This document shows, piece after piece, positions 1 to 11,693 of a DNA stretch of 64,000 nucleotides. Below the pieces are notes generated by a model. The model worked only from the letters and a program-made list of their open reading frames with translations. It did not search any database and had not been told where the DNA came from. Numbering within the stretch: the first letter of the stretch is position 1; every line of letters begins with the position of its first letter. The stretch is from Entomortierella parvispora E1425 (taxonomy: Eukaryota > Fungi > Mortierellomycota), in NCBI GenBank assembly GCA_020891255.1, contig BQFW01000011.1, positions 62,001-126,000 on the forward strand, read 5' to 3'. Position numbers and translations under genes: made by a program.

Positions 1-216
1 GCACAAATGAATGCAGCTTTTTGCTGTCGGTCGGTCCATGTGAAGCTCGGTCCATGTCCATGTCCAGGTGAGTGTTGTTATTGGCCAGGAGGGAAAAAAG
101 AGAGAGGAAAAAAAAGAGGGGAGGGAAAAAAACGGAGCTAAAATGGCCCAAAAAGGAAACTGGATCGCACAAAAAAACAACGATTTTCGATCCCATCCCT
201 TGGTCCCGTCACCGTC

Positions 217-295
217 TAGTCTCGTCACCATCCCCTCCACCGGTTCACAGGAGAGTCACAAGTGCTGACGCACCTGCCTTTTTGGGCAGCTCTCA
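217..295 (+). mobile_element. Solo terminal inverted repeat fragment of the TAGTCTCGTCACC MITE family
   Basis: TAGTCTCGTCACCATCCCCTCCACCGGTTCACAGGAGAGTCACAAGTGCTGACGCACCTGCC matches the left arm at 31627 with very few mismatches, then diverges after CTCTCA. Confidence 0.85.
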
Positions 296-649
296 TTCCC
301 ACTCTTTTGACCTTGATACAAAGCCCTTCCGCCGTCCCCATTTCCCAGGTTATTTGTTTATGTTTTCGCTAAGAAAAGAGCTCTTCATGAAAACGAAGGT
401 ATAAACTAGCACGCTCTGGAGGGGAATGGGAGTGGAATAACCCGCCTCAACTCTGGCTGCCCGAGATATTCCTTGAGCGTGTAGGAGGAAGCTTGGTACC
501 TTTCTTTGAAACGCTTGATATATTGAGGAAGGCTATTTAGAACGCCTTTCAATAACGCAATTCGAGGTTTTCGTGACCAGTTATGGAGATTTTATATGGT
601 GGATGTGGATGGTCGTCGTTGCAGAGAGCTTTTTGAGAGGGAAGGAACT

Positions 650-939
650 GCAGTATTGGAAAAAAATATATACAATGTTGCGAACGAGAGCGGGTCATAT
701 CGCCAGCTCTGCTACCGTTACGAATCTGAAAGAGAGTAGAAGAGCAGAGGAATCTATTGCCCTCCAAGGATGGCGAAGAGCAGGCCCAGACACAGCAGCA
801 AATCCTGATAGCACCAGAACCCGGATTGTTCAAGGACACCGAAGAACAAGTCCAGACACAAGAACAAACTATGACAATACGAGAACCCATATCCGAAGAG
901 GAGGTCTTCGCACAAACACAGCATCGAACCAATATGTAG
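650..939 (+). pseudogene. Fragment of a Q/E-rich protein, paralog of the ORF at 39187-39951
   Basis: LPSKDGEEQAQTQQQ...FKDTEEQVQTQEQTMT aligns with LPSKDSEEQGQTQQQ...SKDTEEQVHTQQQAMT. There is an in-frame TGA just upstream and the fragment is cut off by the repeat array at 928. Confidence 0.6.
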
Positions 940-1150
940 AAATGACCTCTCTGGGCAACTCAAGCTACAAGGCGTGAAAGCCATATTTTTTACATGTGCT
1001 AGAACTAATCTGTAGAAAAGACCACTCTTGGAAACCCTGAATACACGGTGTGAAAGACAAATTTTTACATGCGCTAGAATCAATATGCAGAGAAGACCAC
1101 TCTGGGAGCCCATGCTACATGGCGTGAAAGCCATATTTTTTACATTCCCT
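928..1150 (+). repeat. About 73-bp tandem array (family X), roughly 3 units
   Basis: Unit TTTTTACATGYGCTAGAACYAATCTGTAGAAAAGACCACTCTNGGARACCCTGRATACACGGTGTGAAAG. The same unit occurs at 4058-4160, 16070-16215 and, degenerate, at 60915-60975. Confidence 0.85.
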
Positions 1151-1291
1151 AGAAGTCATGGACACCTGAAGTGTGACTGTTAGAGTCCATCCCATCCATC
1201 AATCCATCCTCCTGTCCATCAACCATTCATCCAGCAGCCAGCCCCTCCCTCCATCTTGTGTCTCAGCGTCCAATCCCTCCGTCGCGCAATC

Positions 1292-3952
1292 ATGACGAAG
1301 AGACGACCAGCAAAGGATCTGTTCCTCCCTCCGAAGCAAAAAAAATTTGTCCCATCGAAGGCCTCAGAGGAGACGATTGTACGATCTGCGCCTAACTTTC
1401 TATCTCCTCATCGAGTCAACTTCGATATCGGCGAGCAAGCCATATTGGACAAATTCAACCATTTAGTCCTGGATGCAGGCATTCCTCTCGTCATATCTGG
1501 TTATCTTGAACATCCTAAATGGAACCCTGATCTTTTCACCGACGAAGGAACAAGAAAAGAGTTTCAACGATATGCTTCTGGAAAGAGTAAGCAAAAGCCA
1601 AATAGAATAATTTGATAGTTTGCGTATTAATTAACGTACTCTGTTCTGTAGGGATCATCACCGTCAGGGAGGAAGGCAAGAATGGAGGCGACATCAAGAT
1701 GCCATTTGATGATTTTTGGAAGGCAATCAAGACTGAAGGATGTCCTCTGTATGGCAAGGATCTCACCTGTGGGGCAAAATGGGAGCGGGCCCTACAAAGC
1801 GTTCTTCCGCCTTTCTTCGTGTACAGGGGCATTGGTGATCTCAGTAAGCTGATGTTTCATGGTTTATGAGTCTATTTTTTCTTCTAATACTATACTAAGA
1901 ATTTTATTTCAAATTTTCTTTTAGACAAGAGATCAAAAGGAGACGATCAGAAAGTGTCCTCTGTCAACATGATGGTCTACATAGGCACTGGTGGAACGTC
2001 GTAAGTAACAACTCGCTTGTATACTTTATATTACAGTTCGCATTGCCTGTTCACATTCCAACCGCTTCTTCCTTTTCACAGCACAGCAGGACATTACGAT
2101 CATGGTGGTGCTATAGGTCAAAACATCATGGTTGGGGGACAAGGCAAGTTCAAAGACGATGGATAAATATCTATGGGAAGTAAGAAAGATCTAATTTTTC
2201 CTTCTGGCTTTCTGTTATACCCTCAAAATTGAAAGGGTCGTCCCTGTGGTTTGTGTTTAGACCCTGCGATCTGGAAAAAGTCAGAGAGCTCTGGAGGGAA
2301 AATGGCCATGAGTTTGACCAGGCAAGCTTTTGCATCCCTCTGTCAAAACTTCAAGATATCGACGTTGATGTGTTCATCATCGAACAAAAGATTGGTGACT
2401 TGATCATTCTGCCACCGATGGCACCGCATCAAGTCCTAAATAGGGTAAGTGACTACACGAGCAGCAAAGTGAACAAAAGTTTTGAAACATGTCCCTAACT
2501 CTTCGCCTTTGCTTTGTTATCAATATTCCTCCTTTTCATCCTCTTAGGGAGGATTGACACAGAAGATTGCCTGGAACAGGATTACTCCATACACACTGCA
2601 TCATGGAATCCATGAACTGTTGCCTTTTTATCGAGAGTGAGTTGAAACCTTTCAGTTTTTGTTACCTGTTCGGTTCAATCTGATGTCTCCCGTTCATATA
2701 ATTTATTTGTTTTTATGATCTAAAGGATATGTGAGCCTGAACAATACAAGTTCAAGAATTCAACGCAAGCGGCCTTGATCGACCGAGTTGCCATGATAAA
2801 GTCTGTGCGCTCTGGCTCCCTCAATTGGTACTTCGGCTCAGAATCCTTCTGCCACGAATTTTTGATCTTGGCTCGGCTCTTCGCGTTCATCATTTGGTCG
2901 GACTCCTGGTCTTTAGGTCGGATTAGAGGACATCCATGGGTGGAATCAGTAGGTGAGGTGGAGCCACCAAGAGTCATCATTGACAAGGCCCCTCTGGATG
3001 GAAGCCTCGCCTTACCATATTGTCGACTATGCCAGTGTGATATTTGGAACCTGCATGTTCAATGCAATGAGGGTCATGGGGCTCGCCAGCCATACATCCT
3101 GTGTATTGATTGCTATGCACTGGGGAGAGGCTGTCTCCACCGGGCAACCTCCCTCATCTCCTTCCACCAGTTATTTCCACTCGAAGACGCGATCAAAATC
3201 TACAGGAGCAGTGCCAAGGCATGGAACTCCTGCAACAAATTGAAGGATGTCAAAGGATTTCTGCTCTTGAGTTTGGACTGGGAAAACGAGTAAGTTTTTT
3301 TTGGCAAGTCCTTTATTTATTTTTCCCGTGTGCATCACTATAGACTTTGCCCTCATCCTCCTTATTTTTGTAGGGTGATCAAGAATCAGCTATACACTCC
3401 AGTCGACATCGCGTTTGCCCGCTACTTCATTCTGCAGCCGTTGAGAAGAAAATCGGTAAGAAAAAAAAAAAGGAAGAACGACATCCCCCTCCCTAAACTT
3501 GATCTCTTATATTCTTTTCTATTTCATACTCTGCCTAGTATTACTGTTGCGGATGCCATGGACGCATTTTCAACACTCTACCTGCATGCTGTGGACAGGT
3601 TTTTGACAAAGAAAAGAGAACCCGAACCTGCAAAATCCGGCTCTGCGAACAGTGCTTGGCCAAGTACCACCAAATCTCTTGGGCAAAAGTCTTCGTACAA
3701 TCAGATGCACCATTCTGTTGCTTCAAGTGCCTTGAGTATTCATCGAAGCCTCTGCCCAAGAAAAAAGCGCTTATTTCATATAATGAAAATCCCCAACAGG
3801 ACCCTCATAACCGTGGCAGTGCCATGGACGATGGATTCCCAAGCTTTTTTGAGTTCGCGAAGGCTGGCAAGAAAAACGGAATTGAGCCCGGATCAATCAG
3901 AGGAAAACAAGCGAGGCTCTTTGCATTGTCACCCCAAGAGGCAAAAGGCTGA
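1292..3952 (+). CDS. Multi-exon JmjC-domain protein, DMM-1/Epe1-like (paralog 1), apparently intact
   Basis: Splicing by hand (GT-AG, one GC-AG near 2143) gives GIPLVISG..W..DLF, YGKDLTC, NMMVYIGTGGTSTAGHYDHGGAIGQNIMV, GSSLWF, KIGDLIILPPMAPHQVLNRG, KIAWNRITP, CRLCQCDIWNLHVQC, YILCIDCYALGRGC and a C-terminal Cys cluster (CCGCH...LCEQCL...CCFKC). The H-x-D...H iron triad is present (CAT TAC GAT at 2092-2100). Confidence 0.8.
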
Positions 3953-4057
3953 GGGATCTCTAATAAATACTCCCCTTGTCTTCACTTTCAAAATTCAAGC
4001 TGAAACTCCATGCATTGTTACAAAGAGCCATTTCCGCCAAGCTTCACGGCAAACTCA

Positions 4058-4340
4058 TATTTTTACATGCGCTAGAACCAATCTGCTGAAAAGACCACTC
4101 TAGGAGACCCTGGATACATGGTGTGAAAGCCAATTTTTTACATGCTCTAGAACCAATCTACGGGTTCCTGATGGCATCATCAGATAGCTGCAACTGAGGA
4201 CTATTATGAGCCAAGGTACCAGGGTCCCAGGACCTGACCTTGCCACCGAAAAAGTGCTCCAAATGACCCTAAAAACATCAAGTCGACCCCGCGCCACCAC
4301 CCTTGCAGGGGTTTAGAACGGGGCACCCCCTTCGATGTCA
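4058..4340 (+). repeat. Family X tandem units plus X subterminal-like segment
   Basis: About 1.5 copies of the 73-bp unit, then a segment (GACCTTGCCACCGAAAAA...AAATGACCCTAAAAA...GATGTCATGA) that is also found at 16215-16322 and, inverted, at 42930-43110. Confidence 0.8.
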
Positions 4341-5744
4341 TGACCGGATTCCGACGAGGAGGAGGCTGGACGGGACCAGGGTCTTGGGTTCCAGCTCAGT
4401 GTGGAGCAGGAGCAAGTGCTAAGGCAGATAATGGCCCAATATGGGCTATATTTATCTGGGCTCTATTTTGTCACGGGCGCAGCTTTCACAGGAAAGTCAG
4501 AGTGTCGAAGGAGCTGTGTCGTGAATCAAGGGCAACCACAACGCACGAGCCTGTGGTATTGGTACTGTCCGGAGTCGCTGCATTTAATGTCGGGGGATTG
4601 ACGCTGCCTCACTTTTTTGGGCGTCTCGGGGGCCCGTCCTACTGGTCAGTCTGGGAACGTGGAGGCCTTTATCCTGAATCTGTTCCAGACCGAATGGAGC
4701 CTTTTGAGGATCAAGGCCCAAGGGAGAAAGCCCCTCTTTGTGGTCGATGAGGGTTCGATGATCTCGAGAGAGATGCTGGATCAAATCGGTCAATGTCTTA
4801 GGGGATCTCGGTCGTGTCGACATCCAACAGGCCGTTGTGGAACCCTTTGGAGGCATTCCTTTGGTCATCTTTGCTGATCTGGCTCAAGTGGGACCCTTCC
4901 AACGATCGAGGCACACCACCACCCTCAGAGAGATGATGGACATTGACGATCATGACCACTGGATCTTTTGTTCGGCCACTTTGATTCTTTTACGCGTCTC
5001 ACCCTGTCCACTTCGTGCCGTCAAGCCAAGGACTACCCTTTCTTTGCCTTTTTGCAGATCATTCGGCGACAGCCCCAGACACAACAAGAGGTCAGCTATG
5101 CCTGGGAGTTCCTGAAAAGCAGACACAATGTTTCGTTACAAAGGGGTGCCACGGAGCTCAGATCCAGGAGGACAGAGGTGGACCAAATGAACAACGCCGT
5201 GTACACAAGAAGTAGACCAAAAAACAGGATCGAGTTGATGGCGGTGGATTCTCGAGAGAGCCATGCGACCGGCGACTCGTTCTCGGACTGGATCGAGTAC
5301 GAGACAGGGCTTGCTACGGGTTTGAGGGTGTTTACCGGAGCCAAAGTCATTGTGACATCCAATATGAGCGCCCTTCACAACGTTATCAACGGGACGTTGG
5401 CCACCGTGGCCAGATACGATGGGCAGCGGATTGTCATCAGACGGAGAGATGGGACCTTGTTCAGACTGGCAACAGTTCTCCGGACCATTTTCAGAAGGAG
5501 GACGTTCTCGTCGTCAGTTCCCACTGCAGCTTGCGTATGCAATGACGGTGCGTCGGTGCCAAGGCCTGACGGTAGAGGGAGTCTCGGTGTCGTTGGATTC
5601 TCTCTTTGCTTGGGGCAGGCCCATGTGACCATGAGTAGAGTTTGCTCCCTAGATAGGCTGAGTATCCATGGCCAGTGGCCTCCAAGAGACCTGAACGTGT
5701 TGTTTACAAGTTTACAAGCACTTCTTGATTACGTGCAGGAATAA
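4340..5744 (+). pseudogene. Helitron-type PIF1 helicase, 5'-truncated (no Rep) and frameshifted
   Basis: Motifs spread over shifting frames: G.FTGKS (decayed Walker A), AAFNVGGLTL.HFF, FVVDEGSMIS, FGGIPLVIFADLAQVGP, RRQFPLQLAYAMTV..CQGLT. Confidence 0.9.
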
Positions 5745-6255
5745 AAGCCTGTCCCACGCCCATATCCGAAAACGGACGGAGCGGAACGCGAAACGGACAC
5801 CCTTTCCTGTTCCCACAGGAAAATGCGCATATCCGAAAACGGACGGAATGCAACGCGAAACGGACACCCTTTCGCTGTCCCAGAAGAGAATCGCCCTATT
5901 CCCCTGTCCCAGAAGAGACGGAGCCATTGATTGCAAACTCTTTTCCCCCTTTCTCTCCCTCAACTCTTTCTCTCCATTACAGTTCTCCATCCTCTTTTCC
6001 AATCTCTTTCTCCACTCCCAATCTCTTTCTCCACTCTTCATCTTCTTCGCTTCTCACATTTCTGCATTTCTTGCCCTTGCAATCTCTTTCTCCTTTTTCT
6101 TTCTCTCGTCCCATTTCTTGACCCTGCATCTCGTTCTCTCGTCTCATTTCTTACATTTCTTACATTTCTTGACCCTCCTCACATCTCTTGACCCCTCATC
6201 TCTATCCTCATAACACCCTTTCCTGGCGAAGAATCCTATAGTGCATCTCTCTCTA
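5745..6255 (+). promoter_or_regulatory. Conserved helicase-to-JmjC spacer with internal direct repeats (probable JmjC promoter/5' leader)
   Basis: Near-identical to the reverse complement of 47174-47690. It contains two copies of CATATCCGAAAACGGACGGA..G.AACGCGAAACGGACACCCTTT and two of CTGTCCCAGAAGAGA, followed by a CT-rich tract. Confidence 0.55.
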
Positions 6256-7446
6256 ATGGACGGCTCCCATTTCGAATTACTTGAGACTTTAAGCACCACT
6301 CGCTCAGGAGAGAATGTGGACCACGGCTTCAAGACCCCAGAGCGTTTGAGCGCCAGGCTCCCCAGGGACAACGTGATTGAAAGAGTGAGGAAAGCTGTTG
6401 AGGTGGATGAACTACCGATTGTTATATCCGATTGGAATCTTGGGGACATCTGGGAGGATAAAGCTGAGGATCTGTTTTTTCGATGAACGGGATATCAAGG
6501 CACTTCAATCACTTTACACATAATGAGAACAGTAGGTGATATGGTGTCTATGAGAATGTTAAAAAGAGAGACAAAGGTTAACTATTTACTGAAATAGGAA
6601 CGATCACTGTTCGAGATCACATTACAATGGAAGACAGGACCATCAAACTGAAGGAGTTTCTTCGGTCTTTGGGACAAGAGGACTGCCCATATTACTGGAA
6701 GGATGAAGATCAAATACCGAAAACATGGGATAATTTTCTGACGGATCTTCTACCTGAAGAGTTGACATTCTGTGGTCCATTTGATCTAAGTAGGTCGTTG
6801 GACATTTCACTGAGTAGATTGTAAGGGTGCCTCTCTCTTACAATTTGCTTTCTTTTAGACAAGAGGCTTAAGGAGAACCCGAAAGTATCGTCCAGTAACT
6901 CAAGGGTTACATCGGGGGCCATGGGTCTTGGACGCCCTGTCATTTTGATCATTGCGGATCAATTTGCCACAATATAATGACTTGGGCGGACTTAGGTAAA
7001 CAGCTGGAAACCTTTTTTTGCTCAGTTTGATAGCCATGTTATGATACTCACCAAAGTATGCCTCAGACTCTTTGTCAGTGTGGTATATTGCGTCACCTCG
7101 GGATTACGACAAGGTGAAACGGGCGTGGGCTTCCTGGGGGAAATTCTTTGAGCAAGAGAAGTACTCTGCCACAGTGGATCAGATGTTGGAATCTGGAATC
7201 GATTTTTACAGAGTAGATCAACGTCCAGGCGATGTAGTCATTCTTCCTCCAATGGCTCCACATCAGGTGTACAATAAGGTAAATTTATGATACTGTACAG
7301 TTCTTTTTTTTATTTGTTAGGCGATTACTGATGACAAGTCTTGGAGAATAGGGAAAGGCTACAGTGAGGATCGCTTGGAACCGGATAACTCCTAAAACTG
7401 CCCTGAATGCCATCGAAAATGTGCTTCCAAGATACCGAGAGTATGC
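6256..7446 (+). pseudogene. JmjC DMM-1-like paralog 2, copy a; frameshifted and 3'-truncated
   Basis: Exons give ELPIVISDW, YYWKDED, YIGGHGSWTPCHFDHCGSICHNIMTW, SVWYIAS, QRPGDVVILPPMAPHQVYNK, RIAWNRITP. Relative to 44663-47173 it has a +2 T at 6475-6480 and a 1-nt loss near 6900. Homology stops at about 7450. Confidence 0.85.
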
Positions 7447-9127
7447 CTATAAGGCAAACACCCGATGTTTCCAGTTACTTGTTCGCATAACATCGTGAAA
7501 GTTACACATGTTGTCGCGAATGTTGTTGTTGATATCGACTGCTCCTTTCGCTCGCCCGTATTCAGTGAAGATCGCAAGTGGTTGAAACCTCCGCTCATGT
7601 CGAACATTGCGGTCGTAGTGCGCCCGAATGACCTCCGCTTCGAGTCTTGCGGATCCTGCTGTGGCAATGACACACTGTGGCTTGATATCCCTCTGTGCTG
7701 CAAGTATAGCTGTGTGAGTGGTGGTATCATCGACTTTCAGAAATGAGATAAATGTCTTGTAGGCTCCAAGGTCTAGTGGTAGACTAGAGATGATGTCGCT
7801 CGGAACGTGTTTTGGAAAATAGCGTCGCTGCTTAACGTGTATGATCGAGTAGCACCCATGAATCAGAGGTGCCTTCACTGCTGCACGCGAACCGAAATAG
7901 GAGTCAGCACAGACTGTCCGTCCTGAGTGCCACCACGGCGTTAGTAGTCTCAACATGGCGCCTACGACCTTTCCATGCTCCAGGTCATGTTCGCGAAGCT
8001 CGGTGTTTCTTGTCTTGAGATAAGCTCAATTGAAGGAGGATATTGGTTGCAGTATCGGCCAACGTCTTTTATTTTTGTCCGACTGGATGAGGTTTAGCTG
8101 GCAGATTCCAAACACCAGGCATTCCCCCTTCGTACTTGTTTCCTCTCCACTGATTCATTGACTCGTCAGTTGTAAGTCGATCACTGGGGTAGATTGTGGA
8201 GGCAAGGTTGTCATTATAAGCATCCCAGAATCCATTGATGAGATCGTATGGTGTCTTGGACTCGTCGCCCGGCATAGGATCGGTACCAAAAGTAAAGCAT
8301 TGGAGGATGTCGTGGAAGCGTTTCCCTGCCATGAATCGGTTGTATCCGTCGACTCTGTCAAATGGTATCGAGAAATTATTATCCCTGAAAAGCTGGGACC
8401 TCCGAATGCTGCAGCACATGGCAAGCCAAAGAGCGATCCAACGCATGAACTCACCAAAATCAACAAGGGTCAAATCTCTGGGCTTGCGCTTCTGAAGATC
8501 CCTGTTGATTGCTGGTAGCATTATTCTTGCAATGTACTCCCTTGGCAAAAATTCAACAAACAGTTGACCAGGCGATGCTCGCCTCAAAGCTGGGTTGATG
8601 AACCTTCCTAGTCGGCGTGAGTCCATCCCCCAAACTGGGCTTCTGGTCCGAGGATCTTGGATCATTGCAGATGGTTGCCACTTCCACTCGTCTAAAGTGA
8701 GTTCTGAAGTTGTTGCTGATTCTTGCATGGGGTCTGAGGTCGTTGCTGATTCATGGATAGGCTCTTCGTCGTCGATACTGCCATCATCAAGGATAAGCTC
8801 ATCGTTGGCAATGGTCCTTGGTGGTTCAGTGTCAACCAGGCTGCGTTCCACAACGCCAACTGCGCGCTGACAAAAAAAAAAAAAAAAAAAAAGAAGGTTG
8901 GTTTCTGGGTCTTGATCGAAACAAGGTGCTGGACAAAAAACGCGTCTCACCTCGATGTCACTTTGCTGTTCAGCTTGAGGAATTGGAATCCCTGGTTCCC
9001 TGGATGCCGCAGATATCCCAATGTACTTAACTTTTGTGCCAGCTACCTCTAACTCGGGACAGGGATCGTTGTTGAACTTGATGCGAAATGAATTCTTGGC
9101 ATTCCCCGGTCCAGATCGCTGGCCCAT
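7447..9127 (-). mobile_element. piggyBac-like (PGBD/DDE_Tnp_1_7) transposase remnant
   Basis: Catalytic D motifs LTTDESM, TVCADSYFGS and KGAVDINN, plus KPHPVG. Split by a frameshift near 8069 and truncated at KHRVFAL. No TTAA or TIR identified. Confidence 0.9.
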
Positions 9128-9377
9128 CGTTACTTTTTAGATGTGGGCAAGAACTGAACCAAAGAAGCGTTGATTCAACTGGGCAGTTGCATTAGTCTTG
9201 ATGTGGGGAGAGAGTTTGCCCATAGAAGTAAGTGATACACAAATCTTTATTCAAGAAACCTATCTTTATATGTGCAGGAGGACATGGGGAGTAAAGGAAG
9301 GAGTAGATAACAAGAGAGTGGTATGGGACAATGCAAAGAGAAAAAAAGTACATGAAAGCATGCATGCTTGCCCGGGA

Positions 9378-9690
9378 TCTAGAAACAATTGGGCGCAAGC
9401 ATGAGCGGAGCCGGATGAGTGGAAAATGGGGGCAGTGGTGTAGTGGTGTAGTGGACGGAGTAGTCGTGTAGGGGAAAGAGTAGTGAATGCAGGTACATGC
9501 ATGCAGCTCGGGAAACGGGAAGTCTAGAAACAATTGGGCGCAAGCATGAGCGGAGCCGGACGAGTGGGAAATGGGTGTAGTGGTGTAGTGGACGGAGTAG
9601 TGGTGTAGGGGAAAGAGTAGTGAATGCAGGTACATGGGAGGAGTAGTGAATGCAAGTACTTGCATGCAGCTTGCAGTTCGGGAAACAATT
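9378..9690. repeat. Tandem repeat, period about 145 bp, roughly 2 units
   Basis: TCTAGAAACAATTGGGCGCAAGCATGAGCGGAGCCGGA occurs at 9378 and 9523, with nested GTGTAGTG microrepeats. Confidence 0.9.
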
Positions 9691-9766
9691 GCATGAGCAA
9701 GGGCAAATGCGAGGAAAGTATAAAAGCATGGAGATTTTGAACACTCCATCTCCTCAGCTTCCAAAC

Positions 9767-10560
9767 ATGTCCTCCAAAAACTGCACCTTTGATGACTGCC
9801 CTTTAGGAATCCTGGCCAAGAAACAAGCCTGGAGAACATTGAAAACCCAACCCCCGAGCAACGATTGACTCCTGTCGAAAAAGACCACATTCTCCGATCC
9901 CATTCTAGGGTCCCTGTCCAACTTCACAACTCGTTTCTTGGAGTTGGTGTTGTCTTCAAGCGCAAACCCGAGAATTCCATAGCCTTTTTGTGCCAGTGTG
10001 AAAGGATCTACTGGACCCGCGATGGACTTGCCAAACACTACAAAAGACACTGCAGTCAGATAAATGTCCTAACGCAGATAAAGGGCATGAAGCTGATGGA
10101 CAGGGCGTTGATTTCGGACGATGACATGTCTATGTCTCTTCTTCCCCCCTCTCCTGACGATGAGATAGGTGAGGACCCCCATGTACGACGATCGGAGACA
10201 GCTGCTCCCCTCGCAGCACATTTGACTAGATGAGGGTTTTACGACACCATGGGATGTGCTCTGATTGAACAACGACGCTTCCAAGATCAAGTCATGGCTG
10301 CTTTTGCAGAGATGAAATCCGAGATGCTGTCGTCCTGCCTCACCAGACGCTCCTGCCTCACCAGACGGTCCTGTCTCACAAGGCGGTCCTTCACTACCAC
10401 AGCTCGAACTACCACAAATCGAACCACTGCAAAACGACCGTGTTCCCAACAGAACAACCTCAAATGGATCCTTCATCATCAGCAAAGATCAAACCACCAC
10501 AATTCGGTCCAACACAAGACAACGTACAGCAAATCGAGCCAGATGATGACCCACCACTGA
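9767..10560 (+). pseudogene. Uncharacterised zinc-finger-like gene remnant
   Basis: FLCQCERIYWTRDGLAKHYKRHC resembles a C2H2 finger. The reading is broken by frameshifts and stops near 9865 and 10233. Confidence 0.4.
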
Positions 10561-11693
10561 CAAGAAAACGAGCGAGAGTACCAGTCGAAAGTCCTGATCC
10601 ATTGCCTCTTCCAACCCGCGCAAGAGATATCCCACGATACCTCAGAAGTGCGTCCAAGCAAAAACAAAATCGAAGTACAATTTCCACCTATACTTTCATC
10701 ACGAATAATATTTATTTAATTCTCAAACTTGAAAATTATTTAGTCAATATTTAATAAAATTAATTTGAAGAAAAACGAGCTGACTGAGCTGATTTAGCTG
10801 AATGAGTCGATTTCTTGAGCTGCTCATTAATTGCACACTGGGGATTAAGGCAAGAGAACAAGGGGAGATTTATACTAGAGCGAGATGTAGACCAAGCAGG
10901 TCTACGGTTGAGTCAGAAAAAACATGAGGGAACAGTATGGGAGTGAGTTCATCATCCGAACAGATACTGATCAAGGTCTGGACCTATGGTTGGGGACCAA
11001 GGCGGCGACATTGATGAGAAAGGAGGGACGAGGATCTTGATAGGTATAGCTGGGACGTGTACAGACATTGGCGCGGAGGAAATATTGGTCGGAGCTAGGT
11101 CACAAGCCAATCAATGTAGATACAGGCTGTGTGTCGTGAATCAAGACTAGGCAGGACGGGATTGGATGATCCTTCCAAGGACGGGACGAGCCAGGGGAAT
11201 GGAGGAGAGAAACAAAGCAAGGGTCGTTTCAAGGTGGATGAGGGTATGTATTCAAGTTACTAGGTGAGGAACTAAAGAGGTGGACTATTTATATTGAGGG
11301 TGTGTATGAGGGTGTGTCAAACGAGCATGCGCTCCGGGGGGTTGCCACTGGCAAGGTTTCAACTTTAATTGTTTCGATTTGGGCGAAGCGATCATTGAAA
11401 CATTCCGTGAACTCTATTTTCGTGCTGGTGTCACTGAGCCATACTTCTCCACATTTTGCCACGGACACGTCACTGTCTGTTCTCTGGTATAAACTTTACG
11501 AGTCAATATTCTCAGTATCAACAAGAAAATATATTTATCACTTTTTCACTATTTAAACGTTGTACGGAGATGTAGAACTACCCGGTTCTTGACAACGGTC
11601 TGATTCACTAATGGTATCAGGTGGTGGGATTGATGTTAACGCTTGAGGCCGCATAGCTGTGTAATCTCAGAGATGGGGTTCCGAACTGTTCAC

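Noticed and set aside
928-1150. Regularly spaced repeats as a CRISPR-like array (also 9378, 12474 and 38095)
   Set aside because: The whole unit repeats with no unique spacers, the context is eukaryotic, and no cas genes are present.
5725-6213. Leu/Phe/Ser-rich ORFs here and at 47216-47704
   Set aside because: Translations of a CT-rich non-coding spacer, with no credible domain.
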